Part shown: piece by piece, positions 26,318-39,899 of the stretch
Position numbering within the stretch: the first letter of the stretch is position 1
Layout: each line of letters begins with the position of its first letter
Assembly: GCA_035084275.1 (NCBI GenBank)
Contig: CM068748.1
Coordinates: 16,492,001-16,556,000 of the forward strand
Origin: Hydrolagus colliei
Taxonomy: Eukaryota
Direction of reading: 5' to 3'
Length of the DNA stretch: 64,000 nt
Made by a program: the position numbers and the translations under genes
The notes under the pieces: model-generated
Told to the model about the DNA's origin: nothing
Seen by the model: only the letters and a program-made list of their open reading frames with translations
Database searches by the model: none

Positions 26318-26643
26318 GGAGTTATGCTACAGTTAGTACAGTGCTGGAGTTATGCTACAGATAGTACGCGCATTCCGGGTGCGCGCGCATTCGGGGCCTA
26401 TCTTCTCAGGAGGTAAATATCTTTCTCTCTCTGTGTCTCTCACTCTCTCCATCTCTGTTTTTTTCTGTCTGTGTGTCTGTGTGTCTCTCTTCCTCTCTCC
26501 TCTCTCACATCCCCCCCCATCTCTATCTATCTGTATATTATCACATCCACCCCGTCTCTCTCCCCCCCAGCCGTCTCTCTCCCCCTCACCCCCCCCCCCC
26601 AAGTACAGTGCGAGAGTTATGCTACAGTTAGTGTACAGTGCTG
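26318..26643. repeat. 28-bp minisatellite (3 units) split by a 234-bp insertion containing a (TC)n-rich tract
   Basis: The unit ggagttatgctacagttagtacagtgct occurs at 26318, 26346 (interrupted) and ~26613. The insert 26368-26601 is flanked by AGTAC. Confidence 0.8.
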
Positions 26644-26879
26644 AAGCAGTGCAAGACTACCTCCTGGAGATAGTTTCTCAGACCTTCTCTCAACCCAAAT
26701 CCGTTTCTTTTAAAAAACTGTGTTTATGCCACAGTATTTATTGTAGGAAAATTACATTAAACCAATATATAACCAGCCTATTCATTTCCAACTTCTTTTT
26801 AGTTCCCAGTTTGTACTGAAGGGACCAAAAGCTCCAGAACTCAGATCTAAATCTAAATTATTTGGACACACTCTCAAGA

Positions 26880-27045
26880 TCATGGTCATTCCCTTGATGG
26901 CTGTTTGTGGTTTCCTGCAGTTCATAAATTGGTTGCTGTGTTAGCCTGCAAAATACAGTCACTACACTTTACAATAAATACTTTGAAGTGCTTCGAGACA
27001 CCCTCACGATTTGAAAGACAATATATGAATTGCTAGGATTATTAT
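26880..27045 (+). mobile_element. SINE 3' half
   Basis: aattggttgctgtgttagcctgcaaaatacagtcactacactttac...ggattattata. Confidence 0.7.
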
Positions 27046-27117
27046 AAAGAGATGAATAGTAGCCAGATTGTAGCAAACTGAAAAAAAATATGAAGTGGAC
27101 AACTGTATTCATGAATT

Positions 27118-27338
27118 GAATTCGCTGGGATACTGCCTGACTCAGCAGGTCAGGCAGTATCTATGGCGAAAGGAAAAGTGAGTCAACGTTTCAGGTCCAC
27201 AAACTGATGAAAGGTCGTGGATCTGAAATGTTGACTCACTTTTTTCTTTTCTCCATAGATGCTGCCTGCCCTGCTGAGTCCTCCGAGCAATTTCTGTTTG
27301 TGTTTCAGATTTCCAGCATCTGTATTTTGCGTTTTTGG
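27118..27338 (+). mobile_element. Second Penelope-like palindromic retroelement with 11-bp TSD and hammerhead core
   Basis: The arms are homologous to the 5210 element. The core CUGAUGA-A-AGGUC-GUG-GAUCU-GAAAUGUU is at 27204-27232. ATTCATGAATT occurs at 27107-27117 and 27339-27349. Confidence 0.78.
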
Positions 27339-28957
27339 ATTCATGAATTACTGGGCAATCTAAGACAAGAAAAATAGATCTGTTCAAAGGCTGATCTAAA
27401 TCTGTACAGTGAGAGTGTGCTGTGCTGGGTGCGCTTTCAGTCGGTAAGACGCACATGAAGTACTCAGCGTTTCAAATTCAGTCACAAGACTTTCAACATC
27501 AGTAACATTCCAAGCACAGAAATAGCAAAAGCAGGAATTCAGAAAGTCATAAATCTTTTGACGTGATTACTACGCAACAACCAAATATTATTTTGCTCTA
27601 TACTGTTAGGCGTAATTATATGCATTTAATTATATACTGTAGCACCATGATTCTTCCCTATTGTAGGTATTCATGTTTTGGTTAGACGAGAGACTGCGCA
27701 AGAACATGTTCAACGCCACCTCACTGACCCAGAAAAGTGTTTTACAAGAAGGGTTTGTTATACAGTCCTTTGTCAGTGGCTCATCAATTTCCTCTGATGC
27801 TCGGAGAATCCCTACATGTGCAGAGGCACCAAGAAGCTCCAAGTGCCAGAGGAAATCAGATTTCCCAGTTCATGCAATCTTGAAATCTATGCACAACACA
27901 AGCAACTGGCCTGCAAGGTGGCAGAAAATAGCGAGACTCAGCAGATAGAAAATAGAATGGTTCTTACACCTATGACAATATATGGCATCTTCAGTTTCAG
28001 GGTACTACTACTAATAATAATCAATGCCTTTGATATAGTGATTATCATGTCATTGAAACATTTCAATGAATACACTATAAAGTGGATTGGTTGTGTATTT
28101 TGCAGGAGAAACATGGCATTCTTCTATATTATAAAAACATTACACAATGGTACATTCTATTATATTATAATATATTATAGATGGGAGTATTGTGCAAGTT
28201 CCAGCTGTTAATAGTTCAGCTAGAGTAACACTGCTTGATCATTGACATTGAGTTGCTAAAAGATGAGAATCTTGTGAGTTTTCATTCTAACTTATACTGC
28301 TATCAGTATGAATGCCACACTTGAAACCTGCATTAACTGAATGCTTTACAATTTGGTCGTACTAAGTTGGAACCAGCCAAACTGGCCTATTCTATTAGCA
28401 GAGTATGAACTTACATACGCAGCTTTCAGTTGCAAAGTCTATAGTAGTGAATTTTCAATCTGCGCAGCACATAAGTGTATCATCCCAGTGTGCCTCACTC
28501 AACCTTGTATGTAACATACCATCACATCACTGCACAACACCACACCAGCTAGCAGTTGTAACTGTGCTGACTTAAACCTGACAGAAAACAGAAAACAGCT
28601 GTTGTGGTCTTGGCCGGTTCAGAACCCAACTAAAACGGTTATAATTCATTTTGGGGAAACTGGACTTCAAAGATGTTTCAGTTCCCAAAAGGTTGGAATA
28701 TTGCAACTCAAGCCATAAGGAACAGACTTTTTATAAGTTTATTTCCTCCCTCCCACCCCCCAAAAAAAATCAATCACAGATCTCAACCTCACTGATACAG
28801 TGCTTCACAGCACTGCCTGACATTGGTCAGCCATGTCTCTTCAAGTGAGGTTATTTCAAGTGAGGTGGGTATTTCATATCTACAGAACATGTTTAAGAAA
28901 AGAAACCAATCCGAATGGTACAATTTAAATTTGATCTAAGGGCAAGGCTCACACTAC

Positions 28958-29065
28958 AATAATAATAATCCTTACATTTGTTATACTATCTTTCACATCG
29001 GTAGGACATCCCAAAGTGTTTCGATTACAGTACCGGATATACGGTAAAGTGTATTGACTGTGTGT
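28958..29065 (-). mobile_element. SINE/L2-type 3' fragment
   Basis: (aat)n-ccttacatttg...tttcacatcggtaggacatcccaaagtg. Confidence 0.65.
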
Positions 29066-32000
29066 TTAATAAAATGAAAACGAAAACCAGTTGGACGGGG
29101 CTTTGTTTTTCACGGGGAAGGGTAATTTGTGTCAAAGCTACACGTGGTTACACCCTCCTCCACTTACTGTATTGCTGACATTATTATACAATCACAAGAA
29201 ATGAATCACTGAGATATCTATTAAAGTCAGCTCTCTGCAGTAGTGTTTTAATTGTACTCGTACAGCCCAAACATGCACATCAGGGTTCGCTTTAACAATT
29301 CAGAAAGAACTGAATCAATGATATGCCTCGTCTCAGTTTGCTATTGTTCAGATACATTTAGAGAAATATATCAAAAGAACTATGCTTACAGATGGCAGAT
29401 GGAAAGAAAGTTAGTCACAGATCTAAAGCAAACACAGAGCAGCTTTAAAAACAATACTGCGTGATGAACCTCATTAGCAATCTTTTCTCCATAAAAGCTC
29501 TAATAAACTGTTCTGCTGCTCTTTTTGGTGGGGGTCTCAAAATGAATGAACCCATGTGGAGAGTGAAAAAAAATTGTGGGCAAAAGACGGGAAATGAAAG
29601 AAAACTACGATCAAACAAGGCAATTTTTTTTAAATCGGAAAGGAGAGGACGTAGGGAGGGTGTGGGGGTTGAGAGAAAAATCAGAGCAGAAGTGCATTAC
29701 ATACATCTTAAATTAAATGTTATTGTTGCAACAACAGAGAACTTCAAAATAACTGGTTGTAGCATTTGCATTCCAGACTAACCACCTTTAAAACAGAAAA
29801 CTCTGTGTTGAGCAAATCCAACAAACACACTCCACACTGTGTAGGAATTCAATTTGGAAACCATCATCTCAAGCATAGAGGAGGACAGGAAAGTCATATT
29901 GCTATAATGCTCAGATTATCAATCATTCTGACAGTTTATTGGCTTTATCACCGCACATACCATTAAAATGATGTCTGGCTCAGAATGTCATGAGACAACA
30001 TTAAACAGACCAGGATTAAAAAGCAGATACTAAACAGCATTCCAGCAACTTTCTCACTGAATTTTGTGCAAACCGCTGCTCCAGTACTGGCTCTGGACTT
30101 CGAAGAAATATACTGCCTACGAGACGCAGAGTCAACACAAGAGTTCACAAGCTGACAGGTCTCCTCATGCCACAGCAGTTACAAAATGTCCTGCCACGGT
30201 TTTATTGCATGCTGTACACAACAAGATTATTGCGAATGAATGGCAGGAGTTGGTAATGAATGGTGGGGGTTGGAGGAGGTAGGGGGGAGTTATGGAATTA
30301 GTTTCTCACAGAAATTTCATTGGAAGCCTGAGCCTGAAGAATTTATCCACCTTACTCATCGCTAGTTCACCCAAGGTCAGTTTGCAAGAAAACGTAAAGG
30401 AACAGTTCAACCTGTGTGTTACTAACTCAGACCTATCGATCACTTGATTATCTTCCACCAAAACTAGGCAGACGTCAGAACTAAAATGATTTTATCTTAA
30501 ATTGTAACAAAAGGAACCATGCATGTTCTTATTGGTGTCTTTTGCAACTGGTGGCTCAAGACAGTTTTCCTATCGGAATCACATAGAATTCCCAAAAATA
30601 TATTGAATGAGGAGATGACTACGGGGTCTCTGATACTCATGATGGGATTTCTACATGAAACATCTGACGCCTGATTGCCGCCAATTAGTTGTTTAAACTA
30701 AGCATCAAACTCCGCCATTGCTAAGTGATTCTACCCCATGTGAAGGGCACTATAAATATAAGTTGTTGTTGAGAGCAAAAAAACAAAAACAGTTTCATCA
30801 GCCAAATAAATCACCCTGATCACTGCACAGTTTATCCCTTTGCAGTAGTTACAATTTAAGCAGAAATTCAGTAGGATATTCTGGGTTAAAGATTTCACAC
30901 TTGCTCCGTGGCTCAGAAAAGAGGTCAGTAGTAATTGTAATAAAATGGTCCTGGTCCTAAACTCCTCCCATTCATTCTGTTTCACCCCCACTCCCCACAA
31001 AAAAGCTGTTAATCCTTAGAGCAATTCGGACAAGTTCATCACGTTTAAAATAGGTAGGTACTCTACTTTGAGGAGGCCCTTGTACACGAAAGGAGGTACG
31101 ATTTAAAATAAAACAGCAACCAAAGTCAAGCAAAAATAAATAGGCAACAGAGAAGACAGATAAAGAGAAACAAAAAAAGTGATTTTTCTGTGAACATTTG
31201 GCTTTATTGCATTAGTGTTAATCTTGCCATAGTGAAGCCATTATACATTTGTAACTTTATGAATGTATGATGGGGAGTGGAGATTCAGTGTCACAATACA
31301 TTAAATGGAAACCAAAAGGCCGTCCCAAAGACAGGAGTTTCTGTGGACCTGTCAACACTCTTGAGGGTTAGTTTTGAGGGTCAGATTTCAGTTTTAAACT
31401 TCTAACTTAAATTTTTTTATTAAGATTTAATACCTCCCCCTTTAATACATTTCATAAAATCATTACAATATTTGCAGTTGGAGTTGAATATCATCAAAAA
31501 ATATACTTGAAAACAGGCATAAGGTGGATCGACAAAAACATTGTCGGTTGTTAAAATTATTTTTTAAGAAGTTAGGTTTTAAAATGCAATTCTTGTGAAT
31601 TGAAATGTCATTAATTCAAAAGTTAATTTTGCCTCCAGGGGCACAATATACTCTGAAGATCTGTTTTATTCTCTGGAATTCATTTTGTGAAGAATGTTCG
31701 TTGTATTACTCAGACTTTTCATGCTTTCAATGCTTAACCATACAAGTTATGAATTTGGGAAACCAAGCAAGTTTATTCGCTTTTATATCAAATACCATAT
31801 CATATCAGATTTCAGAAACAGTTTAGGGATACCAATATGCCAGTATTATTACCTTATGTGTTTATATAAAGTTAAGTACTGGGACATTTGTGAGCCAAAT
31901 CAGTACCAGCCACTGGAATTCAGGTTCCAGATTCAGCAGAACAATATTTGCAGTTAAGGTGGACTAGGTTTGCGCAATATTAAAACGATGCTGAACAATT

Positions 32001-32382
32001 TATGGGATGAACATTGGGTACATAGATTACAATCACGGTTTGTTTGACAACCAAGTGTAATCGACGTATCAGGCAGATCGTGACCATGCAGCAGCATTGT
32101 GATCAGCTTATTCAACAGGTTGCTTCGGATTTGCATAGACAAATGCACACACAGAACTAAAGCAAACATATTGTTGAAGGGGAGTTTTGGAATATGAAGC
32201 AGTATCTGTTCATTATCTGGGAGGATTATGCATAAAAGGCTTTGACCTCTCACTCTTTCAAATATCATTCTTTTGGATTCTTTTGGCAATTCATAGTCAT
32301 AAACAATTAATTCAACCCTTCTTATTTTGCAAATTAACCTTCTGCTATGCTTATACCCCAGTACTTGGTCCAGATAACGTAT

Positions 32383-32427
32383 AACAACAACAACAATTTA
32401 CATTTATAGAGCGCCTTTCACGTCGGT
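32383..32427 (-). mobile_element. L2 extreme 3' tail
   Basis: (aac)n-aatttacatttatagagcgcctttcacgtcgg, nearly identical to the tail of the L2 at 20971. Confidence 0.8.
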
Positions 32428-34504
32428 ATAAGGCATGACCTTGAGCATGTGCTGGTTGTCTGACCAGGTAAAGGGGGCAAAGGGAATACACTGCCACAGA
32501 ATAATCCTGATCTCACTTAATGTCCACTCACCTTTTGCCAGGAGTTTGAATCTACCTGTTATCCCTATTACCGAGGCCAATTCGAGCACTTTAACTGCTG
32601 CCTCACTTGTAAAGAACTTCCTCAGCACTGAACCGAATGCAAACCTATGCTTTGAATGGGTGTACCCTGCACCCTTACAAATATTTCTTAAAGCAATTCA
32701 TATCGTGGACAGACATATATACATTTTTATCGATTTTCCTACCCTCACACTCAGTGCTCCGCTCAGAATTTCTCCCACCAGCTATGTTGAGGCCAGTTTA
32801 TTCGCCTGATAGTTGTGCAAAGAGACGTTTTTGAAGGAAAAAATAAGACATTTTTTGCAGTCCATTGCCTTTCTGAACCCAATTTGATAAATATCTTGTG
32901 CGATAAAATCATGACAGCAACTAGGTAAAAATATCTCTTAATATCCTATTAACTGAAAAAGCCATATCAAATACAGGGCTTAATTGCTTCAATGACATCA
33001 GCACAAGGAAAGCTCTGTGGCTGTGCTTTTGTTAATAATCACATAATTGGACAATTGATAACGTACTAAATGTTGCCCCATTGCATCCTAAACTTCTAAA
33101 TTTGATATGGACTACCTAAAAATGCTCCCAATTAGTTGTTCAGCTTGTGAAAGGTCAAAATATTTGTACAAATAGAAACCAGTATGGGTGCTTGTGCAAG
33201 CATTTATGCACTATTTACCAGGAAAACTGCCAGAAAGTAAGATTGCACAGTGCAACGCAACAGCAATTAGCTGGAGCCTGATTGCCGAGCCCACTTTTCA
33301 ACAGTTCCTTCATTTGCACCTCAACAGTGGAAATGTAGGAGGTGCAAATCCATTCGGGCACAAATAGTCCTGTAGAAATCCTTGATTGTTCCAACGGAAA
33401 GCACAAGAAACTTGTGAGGGGACCATTTAATAACGTTAACAAGGTCTGCAGGCACCTGACTCTTTAATGACATTAAATAAACCAGTGCAGCTCAATGCTC
33501 GATTGCTGAGAGCTTCCTTAACCCCATCCAAAAGGATTAGGAGCTGGGAGTGTAGGTCCATCTTTTTCACTCTTGAGCTCTCTATTGCTGGAAAGACTTA
33601 TTTTCAACAATACAAACTGGCCATTAACTGCCCATGGAACTAGGCAGACATGATGAGTCAAACAGCCTCCTTCAGTGCCGAAATCATCTCAGTTTTTTCT
33701 GCCAAAGTATATCAGCCATTTCACCATCGCATGGCTCCCGCAGTGCATTTCACTCATTGTTTAAACGTGGCAGCACATCATAGCCAGTGCAATATCTTCT
33801 ATTTATATCTTTGTCTGCATCTAATAAAACTGCGTGATAAATCGTAACTTCACCAACAAGGACATGCTATTTACTCCATGTATGTGAGGCAACAACCCAA
33901 CTGGAGTTAGTTTCGCAGAAGATGCTGCCAGTCAAAAAAAAAAATCCAATTCAAAACAGCTGTGTAGGGGTCCGTCCCAAGTACCAGCAAACATTTGGAG
34001 TAAACAGAGCAACTTGTATGCATGAAATATTACATTTCATGGTGCACTGTGGAACAACAAAACAGATAGGGCTATTTTAATTAAGAAATCAACTTGTGAC
34101 TCATCGGACTACAATCAGGGTCAGTGGTGTACTTTCAGCATTTATGTACAGTTATTCCTCTTTCTGATTCCAGGGACACATTGGTCAATCTGTTTCTCTG
34201 CTGTTCGAGGATAACATAATTCAATGATAACATAATTCAATACAGAGCAGAGTCTGAAACTGTTCATTTTCCTGGTACGTGCGGCTCTGCATAATATGGT
34301 GCTTTGCCCCAATAAGGATTTGGTGAAGCTGGACTTTTTGCAGAAACCCAGGGAGAATACAACAACAACAAAAATCATATCGGTAGAGCACATTTCATGT
34401 CGGGAGGACTTCCCAAGATGCTGAATATGGGAAAAATCAAGACAGCAAGTGTGCAAACCAAGGAGATTTTTTTGGAGATGGCAAAATCTGGAGTCAGTCA
34501 CGTA

Positions 34505-34828
34505 AATAATAATATTAATAATAATCATCCTTGCATTTGATATACTGCTTTATCACATCTTCTAGATGTCTCAAAGCACTTCACAGATTATAATATAAAG
34601 TAAATTGACTGTATATTTGTGGATAAAATGCAGCAGTCAATTGCACACAGCATAGCGGTGTTCCACAAACAGTGAGTTGATTTGATCAATTTATTATTGG
34701 GTTTTTTTGAGGGATTACTGTTAGATGTTTGGAGTAAGGAAACTTGCGCAAGGTTTCACCTTGCCTGGAATTGAACGCTGGTCTCTCACCTGTAAGACAA
34801 GTGCTCTAACCATTGAGCTTCAGGATTC
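34505..34828 (-). mobile_element. Full-length tRNA-derived short SINE
   Basis: Tail, body (ggaaacttgcgcaaggtttc) and tRNA head (gtgctctaaccattgagct) are all present. Confidence 0.9.
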
Positions 34829-37800
34829 AAATAAAAGATAAATTGCAATCTATTCCTGGTGAACACATGAATCTAGAATAGTGACAGAACTTACACCATT
34901 CAACTTTTTGGCACTTTTTATTACACCTATTGGTCCTGTTTTTGTCTCCTGTGGGTCACATGCCAACACTATTTTGTCCTGATGAAATTCATGGTAGCCT
35001 CAAAGCTAAAGACCTTAATTTAGGAGTGACGGAACTGCTATCAAACTTGGTTTAATTCAACTAAAATCAAGGCACAAACTACAACTTTGAGGGCAGGAAA
35101 TAAAAGATTGCATCATAATCACAAGATCATGAGTTGTTTCTTTATGTGGATGACACAATCATTAGGGATTTATTCAACTTTCAAGAATTACACCTAAATC
35201 AGCTTGGCTTATGAATGTTACTTGTGGTTTAAACGTATTGTTTAGCATTACATTCACTGTCAGAGATGTAAAAATTTATCCTGCATAATGGGAGTTGCTG
35301 TCATCCTCAAACATATCCAAAGACTTGAATCACAATTATCATTGCATACTTCATTCCAATGCATGGCTGAGCAACCACCATCATCCTCACATGACTGGCA
35401 TACAGATGTTGCAAAAAAAAAAAGTTTTGACCACAAAGCCCTCCAACCGATCCAAGCACAGCATCTCTCTGCTGGCTTCAGTAACAGGCAAGAGTACAGT
35501 CTCCTGGTTCAAACGAGACTAGTGGATGTTTTATGAACCCACTAATCGTGTGGGAGTCTTCTTATACACATGAATACAACTGCTATGCTATATCATAGTT
35601 CAGGTCTCCAAATCCATTGAATAATATATTGGATGTGATTTGGTTGGTACCATTTTAATGCTATATATGGTCATACGACCACAAGAATTTTTAAACAAGC
35701 TGTCAAAGTTTTTAACAGTCCCACATGACACAGACTCGCAGAGCACTACTTAGAACACTTCCTCCCAGTGCTTCCATAGCAACTCCACCAATAATTGCAC
35801 AACACGCCACTCACGATATTGAAACAAATGCTACAATCAAATTGATGCCCAGTCAGCATCATTTCAATTGGGGAAAAAATCTTTACTGATCAAAGCCATC
35901 CTTTTTTTGTAAAAGAGAAAAGAATAAAAATATCTACTTTTAAGCTGTGCTTCGTCGGGGAAGAAAGCATTGTTATCATTTTCTTGGTTAAGACAATTAT
36001 CGATCTAACAAATCTAACATGTATTGCTTTGCCATTTCTGTTTGCTGAATCCATTTGCTGGACAGTTGCTCTATCCAAAAGTATCCATCAGCAGATGTCC
36101 TATAACACAGGCTTGCATTTAAACGGTGCATAAATAGTTATCTTTCCGTAGGCTGTCAGCCCCTTAAACAGAATAAAAAGATTCAGTTAATCTCAAAATT
36201 GCATGATTGACTAGGGAGAGATATTTATCTCAAACTGCATAATTTCCTATTTTTTGCTCAGCACACTGCAAATTTCCATTCTAGCAATGCCTTGTAAAGC
36301 ATTAAATGCAAAAAAGAGAAAGATGTTTTGCATTGAGTTTACTCCAATCATCTCTTGGCATGAGATTACAAAAATTCAATTTGATATGTATTTATTTCCA
36401 AGGAGGTTATATCTTCGAAAATAATCCACATGATGAATAAGTGCACTCACCCGCCTGCCCTGCCACAAGATGTCAAGCTATAATTCCAAGAAATACCCCC
36501 ATCTTGAATGAGGCATTCGTAGAGTACCCTCAATTTCAGTCCCTTCCTCAGTTCCCCAGCCGAGATGTGGAATTTACCATATGAGAAAACCATCTGTGAC
36601 TCCAATGCATTGAACCATCATCTTTGGTCTTATGTGAAACTGGGCAGAGAATTTGTTTTTTTAATATGTATATTGCTTAAACTATTGCAAGTTTCATATG
36701 AAATGCATCGTTGTAAATTTACTTCAACCATGATCACATGCTGGAAAAACTAACATACAATGAATTAGTCTGCAATGCACGATTGAAATCATTTCATACT
36801 TTTGTTCCTCTTTATTGAAAGGATTTTTGTTGCATTTTCAGAGAAGCACGACATACACTGACACAGCCACTTGTTTATTGTTTGATTTTATCAAGCCATC
36901 ATATCATAAAAATATGTCTCTGTAAGCCTCTTTGTTGTTGAGAGTGTCTGTATGCTCTTGGCCAAGGGCTTTCATCAAACCTCTTGGGAGATCTCAGTTT
37001 TTCATTGCTTCAAGGTATTCCTGTTTCATCACCCTAGGATCCTTCCATTGTTTGCTTCTTCAAAATGCAGCTCATGAAAAAATCACGAGATCAGTGACAA
37101 GTGTCCCCACCCTGACAGTTTTCCCAACACCAAAGACTGAAATCAATTTCCTGCAAAAGGGAGAACGGTTTCCATTCCCAGAGGGATTAATGTTCCTAAC
37201 CAAGCCTGCAGGGTAGGTATAAAACCAATAAGATTTGATTTAGGGGTCTTGTCCAAATAAAAATATTTCAAAAACAGCAAACGGGTGGGTCAAGGCAGAC
37301 TATGAATTCTCAAAATGTAATGAATTCACAAAGTGATGTTTCTTGAAAGAAATGCCAATGCAATTTCTTCTTTCAAACATGTCAGTCTTCATTTTTGATT
37401 TGTTGTGATGTATGCAGCATTTTCTTACAAATTACAAAACACACAAATGATTGCCAATAATTAAACTTCACGCCAACCATGTGTTTTTGAACCACATGTG
37501 ATGTTTTCACTCTGATCTTCTATACCCCTCATCACTTCCAGTTAAATGATCAAAATCTACAGATTTTACACATGTTGCACTTGTTTAAGTCATAAACCTT
37601 TGTTGGCTTCATGCAGCTCACGTTTCATAGAGCATTTCTAAACAACAGATTGGGTGATTCGTAGCCAGGACTTGAAAACTCATACTTCCAATTAATTTTT
37701 TGTTTCATTCATTTGTACAAGTTCCTCAAACTTAATCTGCAAATACAAACAGTGTTAATTTAGGAAAATAACTCTTACTCATTTTTAAAGCTCAGGCCTA

Positions 37801-38129
37801 AAAGCGGTTCTCATTTCATCCACAATCAGCATTTTTCAGAGCCAATTTCTTCACTTTTTTTGTACTATTTGATGTCCTCAAAAATCTTTTTTTTTAAAAA
37901 GGCACAAAAAAAGCAGAAAAAATATACTTTTTAATTTAACTCAAATGAATAAACGGTCAGATGCATAGACAATGAATCTATGTTGGGTGGTGGTGGTGGG
38001 GAGGGAGGAGTTGGTAATATAGAAGGAAAGGAAACAGCTTTAATTTCAAAGATTTTGCCCCTTCTCAATTTGGTTTTGACAAAAAGATACTACTGTGTCC
38101 AGCTATCTTCCTGATCTCTGAAAGAAAAG

Positions 38130-38222
38130 CAGGAACATTGGATCATTGAGAGGTTATTCAGCCCATGGACCTTGTGCCACCAATTTATTAGTTCATGGTG
38201 GATTATTTAATCTCAATCCAAC
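38130..38222 (-). mobile_element. CR1 LINE 3' terminus
   Basis: aggttattcagcccatggaccttgtgccaccaatttattagttcatggtggat...tctcaatcca resembles the antisense of a CR1 3' end. Confidence 0.5.
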
Positions 38223-39899
38223 AGCAGGCATGTTTGAATAGAAAATGAAGGCACATCACCCTGTTAGTTTAGTCTTATTCCACATGAGTTGAAACTCACA
38301 CCTGGGGAGGGAAATTAAAAGCAAATTAGAATTTGGATGGAGTATTGACTCCAGGATTCCAGAATCATAGTGCAATGTTGCATCTTTCTGTCTAGTTTCC
38401 AAACCGTCACAAGGATAGATGTTTTTCTGACAGCTCTTGGAACACCTTTGTTCTATTGTGCTTAAGAAAGCAATGGAAGGAACTTTGCTTTGAGAAGGCA
38501 ATGCAGGTAAGCATTGAAAAGTCGCCTTTTGTTCAAGATGCTTGCCAACATGCAAACAAAAGGCAGAAAGCAGTGCTGTTTGCCTTCAAAAAGCTGTCCT
38601 TTCTCTGGCTTGATTACACTTCACTTATTTATTCAGCGCTCAGTGTTGAGTGATATTCATACACCTTAAAGCACATTTTTTTTGTCTCCTCCTGATGAGA
38701 GGCCATCCTTCAGCGTTTGCCCGCATGCACAATATCTGCTGACAGAGCTGCGGTTTCAAGAATAAGGTTGCTCAGTATTATACAGGTCTCTATGAAGTAG
38801 CAGAATGCCATGAAAATGATGGTGCAGGCATGACAACTGATAGCATGATCCCTCCTCCATGACTGCAAGATTATTTCATGTTGCATTCCTCAAAGTAAAA
38901 TCAAACTCCTCCATCAACACCAATACCACACCGACATGCACTTTGTCTGTTCAGATTGCCAGAAGGATAACCAGCAATGCACCGCCAGGTCTAGGGCTGA
39001 GGACATAAAATAATCGTGCTGAAATTTGGACCAAAATAGCTACACAAAGCTATCGATGAGTTCAAACATTAGGAGTTGAATTTGAAACTGCTTGGCAGGA
39101 ACTCAGGGATGCAAAAGAAAATATGTTGAGTTCAACTTAGGCTTGGAAAAATATCACTATGTTTTCATCCTTTGGAACTCCATTCGTCAAACATTTCAGG
39201 CTTCTCACCCCTGTCTCTATCAGTATCCAAAGGTCGCCTAAAATCTACCTCTTCGACTGTGCATATTCACCTCCTTCCTCCGTCATACCCCTGCTCAGTG
39301 TTCAGTACAGAGCTCCAAAATGTTTCTCTATAATATTCATGTTGTTGCTTGAGGTGTAACACTCGCTCACATTAACAAAGCTCTGCCCTTAGTCTACACA
39401 CAGGGCAAACATTTATCATTTCAAAATGACTACAGAAAACTGTAAGCAAATGAATTTAAAAATCTTAAAAATATAACACTTTAGAACAATGATCCTCAGG
39501 GTAAGACTATTAGAAATTACAGGACTCATGTCTGACCAAGCAAAATATTAACATAGTCAATCCAGATGCACTTGTACAAGCAGCAGTACTAGCCTGAAAG
39601 TGATTAAGTGCAAGCCAACCAAATATCCAACCAAACGTTCCCATCATGGTTTGTTTCTACAGGGTCCAATTGATCAGCAAACAGATTAATGGTCAACTCT
39701 TTGATACAGAGATGGAAGAGTCTTCCATCTCCTCTGGCATTTCTGCCATTACAATAACACTAGTAAATGCTTTAAAATTGTATTAAAAAGACAACAATGA
39801 AAGATACTGCACATGCCCATGCCATACAAACACAAAGAGAACAATTGTAGTTTATAACTGTGCTCGTTTCAGAGTGATATCAGCTTACTTTTACTAAAA

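Noticed and set aside
26333-26819. Longest ORF (155 aa) and its antisense ORF
   Set aside because: They are open only because they cross a (TC)n/poly-C low-complexity tract.
34173-34274. Plus-strand exon candidate containing a 16-bp tandem duplication
   Set aside because: The frame I traced stops at the duplication and I recognised no peptide. The duplication is a simple slippage event.
38692-38740. Other CTGATGA motifs (also ~11572, 19017, 26240 and 46642) as hammerheads
   Set aside because: None is followed by a helix II plus a GAAA box.
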